From NCBI RefSeq assembly GCF_036588685.1, contig NC_086378.1, positions 85,188,001 to 85,252,000 on the forward strand: a DNA stretch of 64,000 bases, read 5' to 3'. The DNA comes from Mytilus trossulus (lineage: Eukaryota). Shown here piece by piece: positions 51,350 to 62,209 of this stretch. The translations under genes and the position numbers were made by a program. The first letter of the stretch is position 1, and each line of letters opens with the position of its first letter. The notes under the pieces were generated by a model. It saw nothing but the letters and a program-made list of their open reading frames with translations. It was not told the DNA's origin and searched no databases.

Positions 51350-52360
51350 CTGGATGCGCATCTGCAATCCTATGTTTTAGACCAGCTGAGACCGGTATAC
51401 AACTGCAAGATCATCAGTACCACGTTCTAATAGCCACCTTGCAACTTTTTTTATTAGTTCTTATCAAAATTGGTTGTCCCTATAGATAAAAATGAAGGTG
51501 GTGAAGGACACCAACGACAGCCAATAATTCTTTATGAGTCGCACAGTAACTATGCTCATGTTTTGTCATGGCTATGATAATGTAAGAAATAAGTCTTTCT
51601 TGCCCATCCTTTGTCTTAAGATGTTGATAAAACTTCTTTCAGTCGAGTTGAAGCTTCTTCACAGTGTGGAGTCCAGTTGAAAGCAGCTTATTGTTTCAAA
51701 AAGTTAATACAGTTGGGGCCAAAAAGGGCTCTTACCGGAAATACTCCTTTAGGAACGCACCTTCTATAAAAGGCATATGGTCCTAGGTAATTACGCATTT
51801 GTTTCTTGTTCTTGGTCCTGGACCATTTTTGGACAGCTTCCGTCTTCTCTGGATCTGTTTGAATTCTATTTTCAGAGACCATGTGAATTTTTTTCTCTCA
51901 AAAAAGAAGAACTTTGATGGTTTCAATGTCAATCCTAATAATCTTTCGAACACATGCTCAAGCCTTTCGGTTGGTTATTAAACTGTAGAAGCAGGGACAA
52001 CACTATCATCCAGATATAATATGCTTTCATCTCCTTTCACTGTAACAACACGTTTAACACAATCTAGTAATCTTTGAAGACTATCATTACTATAAATTGG
52101 TATAATCCTTAACCAGTTGCAAATTCTGTCTTTTCTTCATCAGCTCCCAAAACCCCTTATTGAATTCAATACATACATCAAGGCAGTCATCTATTCATAG
52201 GATTATATATGCTATTTACTATGTCATTATTTCATTTACATTACGAGAATCGACACAAAACGAATTTTGCCTTGTCCTCCTTTCCTGGCAGTTAAAACAA
52301 CAGGTGGAGACCAGCTACTGGTAGTGGATGCCATTCCTTCTAACTTTAACATTATTTGGA
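51350..52360 (-). mobile_element. Degenerate Gypsy/Ty3 LTR-retrotransposon pol fragment
   Basis: SSWSPPVVL-like motif, YLDD, and IQTDPEKTEAVQKW...KNKKQMRNYLG...FYRR. Many stops. Confidence 0.7.
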
Positions 52361-55154
52361 TCTCACTTTTGTCGCGGAAAACTAGACATTGGGAAAAGGA
52401 TCCGGCTGTGGCGGCGTTAGCTAACTTTTAAAAATCTTCATATTTTAGAAGGGGGAAGACCTGGATTCTTAATAATTCGTATAGGGATGCCTCTAGTTAG
52501 GAAGTCTTCGTCTGTTACATGCCCATTGTCCTTGACCACATATTCATGGCTACTCAAAAACGAGTTGTATTTTTTGATAATATTTATTTCTATCTTATTA
52601 TGAGTAAAAGGATAACTATATTGGGTATGTGCATACTTTGCCAGGTCCTCATGCCAGTTTTCACTTTACCTCGACATCATTGTATGGATCAGTGAAAAGG
52701 GTTAAGTTTTGATGGTGAAGTCCATATTACAGATACTATAAGCAGAATATGTTGTTGTATGGAATGATTGTAAGGTATACATGTCCAACTGGCAGCTGTC
52801 ATCCGAACTTGACCTCATTTTTATGGATCAGTGGTTATAGTTTTTTTTTGTGTTTTGGTCTGTTTTCCTCTACTGTATGCAATATGTTTACTGCATTTGG
52901 TGTATGGAATGATTGTTAGTAAACATTTTGTATTTGGCCGAAAAATGGAAAGGGATTAATAAAAGTTGCAAACATTATTTCCCAATCCACTATAAAGAAA
53001 TATGTTTAGACTAATGATTGTAAGGTGTACATGTCAGCTGGCTGGTGTCATCTGGCGTTGACCTCATTTTCATGGTTCAGTAGTCAAAGAACAGTTTTTG
53101 AAATTTTGTCGTTTTTCTAACACTATATGCAATAGGTCAACTATATTGGAAATATATTATGATGTGCATGTCAATCTCGCATGTTTTATTTGACCGTGAC
53201 CCAATTTTCACGGTTAATTGCTCATTGTTAAGTATTTGTGTTTTAGTCTGTTTTTTTTTTAAAACTTTATCAATAGGTCAACTATATTTGTTGTATGCAA
53301 TAATTTTAAGCTTTACATGTTTGCCTGCGATGGTTCATCTGACCTTGACCTTATTTTAATGGTTCGTTGACTAATGCTTAGTTTTCTTAGTTAAGTCTGT
53401 TTCTTTGAAACTATAAGCAATATATAGGTCAAATATATTTAGTGTAATGAATAATTTTAAGGTGGTCGTGTATTTATTGTTTGCTTTACATGACCTTGAT
53501 GTCATTTTTTGGACCATGTAAAGCTCATGTGATACTTGTAATAACGCTTTATATTAGATTAAAAAAAAGAAGATGTGGTATGATTGCAACTGAAACTACT
53601 CTCCATAAGAGACCAAAATGACACAGCAATTAACAACTATAGGTCATCATACGGCATTAAGACTACCAACATAATATCATTAATTCTTATAAGAGGCGAG
53701 ACATTTCAGCCCTCTTATTTTTAAATCTGCCTCTTGCCAAAAGAAAGTTTTCTAGAAGCTATAATATTTTCTGTTGGTCATATAGTATATAGTTATGCAA
53801 AGGATCGAGACTTATACATTTCAAATAGATGTTCCAAATACGTCTCGGGTAATCCAGCTTTGTCTGGGATAAGAACAACTTTAGTATTTCGAAAAATTTA
53901 TATTTTGCAAACAGTCAATCAGTAGACAAACACATGATACATAACAGGAGAAAAGATATCCTTAACGATACAAATCACAATTATACTGAACCATATGTGT
54001 ATTTGATCATTTATGTTTCTTTTTTAATATTCGGAATTCCAAAAAATAAAAAAAATGTTGACAACCTGCTGAAAAAACCTAACCAATCGGTTAATAGTTA
54101 TGTATTATGCTATGTATTATTTTGTACTTAATTATTTGTCTATTTTCCGTTTGGTGTTTTAAGCGATTAATTGTCTTAGTCGTTTATCTCGCCCTTTATC
54201 TTGTTTACCTGATGCTTTTTGTTATCTATTATCATGTGTTTCTTTGTCTAACATGTTCTCCTATTTATTTGTATTGTAGTCCTGTTACATTATGTTGTCA
54301 TTTCAATGTTATATTTAACATTGCCATTAAAGTGCGAGGTTTGGCATGCCAGAAAACCAGGTTCAACCCACCATTTGTTCCTTTAAAAATGTCCTGTACC
54401 AAGTCAGGAAGATGGCCATTGTTATATTATTGTTCGTTTCTTTGTGTGTTACATTTTAACGTTGCGTCGTTTGTTTTCTCTTATTTTCTAGTGTATATTC
54501 ACAATGCGATAAGACGTGTCACGGTACTTGTCTATCCCAAATTCATGTATTTTGTTTTGATGTTATATTTGTTATTCTCATGGGAATTTGTCTGATGCTT
54601 GGTCCGTTTCTGTGTGTGTTACGTTTCGGTGTTGTGTCGTTGTTCTTCTCTTATATTTAATGCGTTTCCCTCAGTTTTAGTTTGTAACCCGGATTTGTTT
54701 TTTGTCCATGGATTTTTTGAACAGCGGTATACTACTGTTGCCTTTATTTGAGATATTGAGAAAAGTTTGATAGTGTCTCTACTATAAAATGTAAAAATAA
54801 TACCGCACTTCCAGGAAATTCAAAGCTGAGAGTTCTTGAAAAAATGTCAACATCAAAAACTTAAGCTAATGACCAGTCTAGATGTTCATTATCAAAAATC
54901 CAAACAACAGAATGAATTACATATATTCAATAGTTTTTTTAACATATATTAAATTGAAACATGCCCTTGATTACAACACACGATTATTATACACAATTAC
55001 ATCCAAAGATTTACATCAGCTAAATATCATATTTACAACATGAATATTTTGTACTTGGTTGCGTATCGGAAATTTGATGTTGTTAAATTATTACACCTTT
55101 TGATTACAACATCTTTAAGGAATTAAATGTTATATTTTTGACATTAAGCGTTGG

Positions 55155-55162
55155 TATAAATA
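55155..55162 (+). promoter_or_regulatory. TATA box of the foot-protein-like gene
   Basis: TATAAATA 50 bp upstream of an ATG in strong Kozak context (CACCATGG). Confidence 0.7.
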
Positions 55163-55204
55163 TGCAACTCCTATTGTGTTTCTGTACAAGGTATTTCATT
55201 CACC

Positions 55205-58200
55205 ATGGAAGGACAACACTTGTATCTTTCTCTCCTGTGCCTCGTCGCTGTGTACACTTTTGGTATGTGTTTTTGTTATTCTCATTACATCTTTTCCATC
55301 ATTTTAACGTCATTTGATTTTTTTAAATGTTGCAGTGTACCCTATAACATGTCAGGTTTCTTTTTTACAAATTAAAAGACTGATATGTTAGATGTGTGCC
55401 TTCATCATTATAAGTTTATATGTTTTTTTGTTATCCTTTATTCTATTTTCTTAACAGAAAGAGTCAGATATATTTAGACTTTCTTTGGAATCATAAAAGC
55501 AAGATAATTGTGTAGAAGTTTGTGTGTATACAAATATACAAGTGATATGTATAAAATCAAACATTTGTAAAAAGTAAATTTAGAAGAAAACCGAATATGC
55601 AAGTTCTATTTGTCTACATTTTTAACTTATGTATGTTTGTTTTTGTCCAGACATTGTTTTCAATAAATTGTAATTGTAAACGACTGTCATACAACTGAGC
55701 TATAAAACCAAATAGCTATAAAACCATGTTCCTACATAAAAAATGCCTGTACTAAGTCTAAAATATGACAGCTGTTATCTTTTCGTTTTATTTTGCTATT
55801 TGATTAAAGTCTCCTTTTGATTTTTCGTCGGCGTTCGGCATTTTTGTGATTTTTCTTTTTACCGAATGGATTGAAGCTAACGTTTATGTAGACGACCCGC
55901 GTCTGGCGTACTAAATTATAATCCTGGTACCTTTGATAACTATTAAAACCACTGAGTCGATGCCACTGCTGGTGGACATTTCGTCCCCGAGGTTATCATC
56001 CAGCCCAGTAGTCAACACTTCGGTGTGGTCATTTTTATAAATTTCCTGTTTACAAAACATTGAATTTTTCGAAAAACTAAGGATTTTCTTATCCCAGGCA
56101 TAGATTACCTTAGCCGTATTTGGCACAACTTTTTGGAATTTTGCATCCTTAATGCCCTTTAACTTTGAACTTGTTTGAGTTTATAACTATTTTGATTTGA
56201 GCGTCACTGATGAGTCTTATGTAGACGAAACGCGCGTCTGGCGTGCTAAATTATAATCCTGGTACCTTTGATAACTTTTATCTTGCAAATAGCAGTATAG
56301 AAATACATGTTAAATAAGTGATCTCTAGTTGTTAATTTCCTTGTCATTGTGGTGTCTTGGAGGAGATTTGTCTTATTGGAAATGATATTACATCTTCAAT
56401 TTTTATTAAGTTGCAATGATGTTTTTAAGGACATAAACAGTTGACATTGGTTTGGGATAAAAAGCTAAATAAATGACTTTTTCTGAATAACGAAATTGAT
56501 AAATACTGATATGCATCATTTTTCTTTCTCGATTAAATCGACTTTTTGAAATTACTTGTTCATAAATTAGATCTCGTCAATGTATGTTTAAGTCTCGGCA
56601 ACCAATGTTAAAGTCTCGTCGAACGATGTTTACGTCAACCAACGTTACAAACATGAGATTGGAGCAAATATTCAGTTGATCTTCAGAGAACATGTACATT
56701 TAGAACAATAATAACGGGATTTAAGTTAATAAAAACGCGTTTTAGTAGATAAACTTGTAATAGTTAACCTTTTAAAAGAAATCAATTATATTTTTTTTCA
56801 GCCTCAGCAAATCCGTATAATGTAGCTTCTGCACGTAAGTAATTCTTCTTTTGTCAATTTAAATTGATTTTCAGGTTTGAATTGTGTATTAAGTGAAAAC
56901 AAATTATGCTAAAAAAGAGAGTAAAACAATTGTATACTTCTATAATCACATATCTAATGATAATTAAATTGAGAATGAAAATGGGGAATGTGTCAAAGAG
57001 ACAACAATCCGACTATAGACAACACAACAGCAGAAGGTCACCAACAGGTCTTCAATGTAGCGAGAAATTGGAGCTAGCCCCGAAACAAATATATACTACT
57101 ATATAGTAGTTCAGTGATAATGAACGCCATACTAATTTCCAAACTGTACACAAGAAACTACCATTAAAATAGTACAAGACTTACAAAGGCCAGAGGCTCC
57201 TAACTTGGGACAGACGCAAAAAAGCGACGGGGTTAAACATGTTTATGAGATCTAAACCCTCCCCTATACCTCTATCCAATGTTGAAAAATAAACGCATTT
57301 TAAACGAAGTTATTTATCATTCTAATTGATATCATAGGTGTGACAAGAATTGACTCTAAAATGGACATAAACCGATTGTTTTTGGATGACAGACGTTCAT
57401 GTGTTGCAACGTCTCGAGTAATGTGTCACAGATTAAAATAAACGGTAATTCAAAGACATCATTTCCTGTGATACAATGTCGAAATCATTTTAAAGTGAGG
57501 ATGTTTTTTTTTACCGCTGATGCACATTTGTCATACTGCGTCTGGATTTTGAATCAGTGTTTGGTCGTTTTTTGATTTTATACGGCCTCAACATTTACTA
57601 TAAAAGAAGGGCGAAAGATACCAGAGGGCCAGTCAAACTCATAGATCTAAAATAACCTGACAACGCCATGACTAAAACATAAAAGACAAACAGAAAAATA
57701 AAAGTACACAAAACGCAACATAAAACACGAAAGACTAAACAAAACGAACCCCTCCAACAACTGAAGGTGCATTGATCTCTAGTGCTCCGGAAGGGTAAGT
57801 AGATCCTGTCCCACATATGGCACTCGTCGTGTTGCTTATGTTATTACAAACTGGGTAAATAGTCTAACTCGGTAGATTCGTGGCGAAAAGGGAAGCGGAT
57901 AAAAGTCACTACATAAGAAACATATTCGATATCATCCGTGAAACAGTTATTCCATAACGATCAACCAGCTCGTGATGGCGTCCGTTAAACAAACAAAGGG
58001 ATAATTTCAATTTCACCATTTGAAACTTTTGGTTTGAAAGCTCCCTTGTGAGCAGCAAGCCTCTATCAAGAAATCATGATAGGAAATACAGTCCCTGGAA
58101 TATCGTATCAATTGGAAAATATATACTCTGTATTCAGGCACTGCCGGAGTATTTCTACATACAAATGGAAAGTAATAATTGGGAAGCTGATATCATCTCG

Positions 58201-61200
58201 TTTGTCATTTTTTTTTATCAAAATGTGCTTCTGTTGTATTGACCCTTTAATGGTGTACTGTAACTTAAGGCTCAAGTGAACTCGACATGTTGTGGTACTA
58301 CAATTTTGTTTTACATTGATGTTTGCTGCTGTTATGTGTACGTTAACAAATGAACAACATTTCTCTTTTTTGTTTTGTTTTTTTCGATACACGAAAAAGC
58401 AAACAAATTGTTTCAAAAATATGTAATCAAAAGGGTTATTATGTCCAATAAATTAAATAATATATAGATACACATATCGTTTTTTTTTTAAACAATAATC
58501 TGCCAAACGTCCTGTGAACAATTTTGTTGAACTAAATGATATATCATTACAGGTGCTAGTGCTACAGCCTACAACCCAGGAAAATACAATCCAGGAAATA
58601 ACTACAACCCATCAAAATATGGTAGGTAACATTTGATTATTTGACGTATTATGTGTGGCAGAAAAAAAAATCATCAGGAGTATTGTTAGATAATATCAAT
58701 TGTAAAAGAAAGAAATATCAGCTGGGAATACGGCAGGTTTTTTCTCTCTTATTCTGTTCATAAATAAGGTTTATTATTTTCTCCCTGTTTTTATGGGCTT
58801 CCCTATATTGGATTTTGCATTTTATTTTATTGTGTTAGCAGTATATCAGTATGGTGAACTGTACTGAAACAACTACTGTTAAGTTTACCATGAATATTTG
58901 TTTATTTGTTTATTTGTATGTTTATAGTTAAATAAACACATTTAGATGAATTTGATGTTGACATAGAAATTGCAAACTTCTATTATGTTGACATTTGTAA
59001 AAACAAAAAGGGGCGAAAGATACCAGACATCCGATTGTAGCTCTGGTATCTTTCGCCCCTATTTTACAAATGTTAATATGAGAGTTGTTCGCAATCTCTA
59101 TGACAACATCAAATAGATGTCAAACTCATAGATCGAAAATAACCTGACACAACCATGTGTGAGTTCGTGGTCAAGTGGTTTAGACCGAAGCCTACAGTAC
59201 TGAAGGTCCCGAGTTCGATTCTCATTTGGGGTGCTCAAAATATCAGTACAATGGTAATTTTCACCCTCTCACACACATCTCTGTCTCCTACTTTGACCTG
59301 GAGATCAATCTTCTGATATCTCTCTGGTTTGTCGGTTTCCACCAAGTACCTCGGCTTCCACCATAAGAACAGACTTCCAGGTGTCCTTCGCGCTCCCTTG
59401 GGCGATGTTGGTTGGGGATTGTTCTGGTGGTGGGATAATATTGTAAAGAACTCATTTCCATTAATCCTTATGAAATGTACCTGGATCCGCTGTACCCTTG
59501 CAGTCAATCAAGGGGTGCGTCTAAACAGGCGGAATCTCAAAGTACATACATAGCTAAGTATTTTAAGAGTGTCTGCGATGCTTCATAAAGTATATCGCCT
59601 GTTGATTTACAAATTACTGTTTCCTTATCTAAATCATTTTTAAAACTACCAAGAAAAAAAATTCATATAAAACATTGAGAACTTATGATAAAGAAATGTT
59701 AGTCCAATTGTTCTGTGATACATAATGTATTTACAATTAACTCAGGAACACTTGATACATTAATTTGTTATCAAAGGTACAGGTATTTTAATTTAGTACG
59801 CCAGACGCGCTTTCTGTCTACCTTTCATAATCATTAAAAAAAAAGACCTTTTTGAATGTGACTTATAAACTCCTCCCAAACCGATGAAGCAGAAGTAGCC
59901 GACAGTAAGAATTAGTGATTATCAATTCTCCATCATCACCACTTTATTTTATACTGATCTATTTTGAATTGCAGCCATTCGGAAATTATAAGTTGTCGTA
60001 TGTATCATAAACTAAGAGTAAGAGAATTTACAATAATATGAATTATCTGGGTAATATCAATCTACATTAGAAAATGCCTGTACCAAGTTAGGAATATGAC
60101 AGTTGTTATCCATTCGTTTTCTGTGTTTGGACTTTTGATTTTGCCTATTGATTTTTGATTTTTCTTTTTGAATTTTCCTCGGAGTTTAGTATTTTTGTGT
60201 TTTTACTTTTATCAACAAATACAATACATCTGAAATTACAAATTACACATTTCATTCATATTTAAAAAAAGTATAACTTTCTAAAAGATAGACCAACATT
60301 GAAGAATTTTAGGACAAACAATTACAAAATGAAAATCATAGGGATTTTATCTATATTCTAGTCCATTGATCGGCGGAGTGAAATCTTGAAAGTTGTATTC
60401 AACATATGCATGGTTAATAAGAATAAACAATGTTTTACTATTTGATTTCAGGACCAACGTATCAACCTAAGATGAAATATGCACCTCAGTATGCACCAAA
60501 ACCAGCATACTATCCAACGTACAAACCCAAGACGACATACCCATCTAAGTATGCACCAAAACCAGCATACTATCCAACGTACAAACCTAAGACGACATAC
60601 CCATCTAAGTACGCACCAAAAACAGCATATTATCCAACGTACAAACCTAAGACGACATACCCATCTAAGTATGCACCAAAACCAGCATATTATCCAACGT
60701 ACAAACCTAAGACGACATACCCATCTAAGTACGCACCAAAACCAGCATATTATCCAACGTACAAACCTAAGACGACATACTCATCTAAGTACGCACCAAA
60801 ACCAGCGTATTATCCAACGTACAAACCTGAGGTTAAATACGCACCAAAACCAGCGTATTATCCAGAGTACAAACCTAAGATGAAATATGCGCCTAAGAAA
60901 AACATCTTAAAACTCAATCATGCCAAAACTTCTACGGCAATTTTGAAACATTCGAGCGAACAGACCAAATTACACGCATCAAAAGATTATGCACCATCCA
61001 CATATGATGACTCGTATACAAGTAAATATAACCCTAAGGGAAAGTATGTAAACTTGCACCATGTCAAAACAAAGACGGCAGTATTAAACCACGCAAGCGA
61101 ACTAACAAATTTGAAAGCTTCAAAATCTTACAATCCCTCTAAGAATACATATGCACCTTCATATGGCCATGACGACTCATATAACCCTACTTATGACACA

Positions 61201-62061
61201 AAGGGAAAATATGTAAAACTGCACCATGTTAAAACAAAGACACAGGTATTGAAACATGCCAGCGAATTAACAAATTTGAAAGCTTCAAAATCTTACAATC
61301 CATCTAAGAACGCATATGCACCTGCATATGGCCATGATGACTCGTATCAACCTAATTATGACCCAAAAGGAAAATATGTAAAACTGAACCATCTTAAAAC
61401 AAAGACACAGGTATTGAATCATGCCAGCGAACTAACTAGTTTAAAAGCATCGAAATCTTACAATCTACCTAAGAATGCATATGCACCTTCATACGGCCAT
61501 GACGACTCATATAAACCTAACTACAATAAAAAGGGAAAATATGTAAACTTGCACCATGTTAAAACAAAGACACAAGTATTGAATCATGCCAGCGAATTAA
61601 CAAATTTGAAAGCATCAAAATCTTACAATCCATCTCAAAACGCATATGCACCTGCATATGGCCATGACGACTCGTACCAACCTAACTATGACACAAAAGG
61701 AAAATATGTAAAACTGAACCAACTTAAAACAAAGACACAGGTATTGAATCATGCCAGCGAACTAACTAATTTGAAAGCATCGAAATCTTACAATCCATCT
61801 TATAAAGCATATGCACCTGCATACGGTCATGACGACTCATATAAACCTAACTATAAGAAAAAGGGAAAATATGTAAACTTGCACCATGTTAAAACAAAGA
61901 CACAGGTATTGAATCATGCCAGTGAATTAACGAATTTGAAAGCATCAAAATCGTATGCACCATCAAAAAAGGCATATCCACCAACATATAACGCCCCAAA
62001 ACTGTATGCACCACAATACAAAGCTAAATACCAACCAAACACTTACAACAAATACCAGTGA
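55205..62061 (+). CDS. Mussel foot protein-1-like (polyphenolic byssal/adhesive) secreted repetitive protein, 589 aa
   Basis: Exons 55205-55262, 56802-56834, 58553-58621 and 60452-62061 (all phase 1, GT-AG, 1770 nt). Signal peptide MEGQHLYLSLLCLVAVYTFASA resembles mfp-1 MEGIKLNLCLLC. PKPAYYPTYK/PKTTYPSKYA decapeptides resemble AKPSYPPTYK, followed by six 55-aa His-containing repeats. Confidence 0.85.
55885..56278 (+). mobile_element. Non-LTR retrozyme-like element: ~335-nt unit with terminal redundancy at the hammerhead
   Basis: TTATGTAGACGA..CGCGTCTGGCGT.CTAAATTATAATCCTGGTACCTTTGATAACT directly repeated at ~55885 and ~56217. Predicted cleavage-site Cs at 55903 and 56238. Confidence 0.82.
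56201..56244 (+). ncRNA. Minimal type I hammerhead ribozyme
   Basis: GCGTCA-CTGATGA-GTCT(TATGT)AGAC-GAAA-C(GCGC)GTC-TGGCGT: complete core, 4-bp stem II, short palindromic stem III, GUC cleavage triplet and 6-bp stem I. Confidence 0.88.
57600..58220 (-). mobile_element. Penelope-like element 3' fragment in intron 2 of the foot-protein-like gene
   Basis: DKRDDISFPII coding remnant, and the same 3' tail as 31640-32030 in reverse orientation. Confidence 0.7.
59158..59551 (+). mobile_element. tRNA-derived SINE
   Basis: Pol III A box TGGTCAAGTGG (59168) and B box GAGTTCGATTC (59211) at tRNA spacing, a GC-richer ~390-bp body, and a short TACA-repeat tail. Confidence 0.7.
60491..60885 (+). repeat. 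Coding 60-bp tandem repeat (5 full plus 2 partial units)
   Basis: Encodes YAPKPAYYPTYKPKTTYPSK. Confidence 0.95.
61036..61960 (+). repeat. Coding 165-bp tandem repeat (~6 units)
   Basis: Unit starts at 61036, 61201, 61366, 61531, 61696 and 61861. Confidence 0.95.
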
Positions 62062-62203
62062 TAATAACAGCGCTGTAAAATTTGTTCTTGTGTATAAGAC
62101 AGCTCTAATTTAATTTAGATAATCTGGATAAAGTCAGGATTTGTAAAGTAAAATGATAAATTATTTTTCTGTGTATTAAATGTGTTACAAATATTTTGTT
62201 TGA

Positions 62204-62209
62204 AATAAA
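62204..62209 (+). terminator. Polyadenylation signal of the foot-protein-like gene
   Basis: AATAAA ~140 bp after the stop codon. Confidence 0.55.

Noticed and set aside
54107-54595. 162-aa hydrophobic ORF
   Set aside because: Lies in a T-rich dispersed repeat (related pieces at ~31430 and ~62570) and has no protein motif.
59158-59232. tRNA gene
   Set aside because: A/B boxes are present, but acceptor and anticodon stems do not pair well and it continues into a long body; better explained as a SINE head.
60479-60883. 134-aa His/Arg-rich overlapping ORF
   Set aside because: Alternative-frame by-product of the 60-bp coding repeat.
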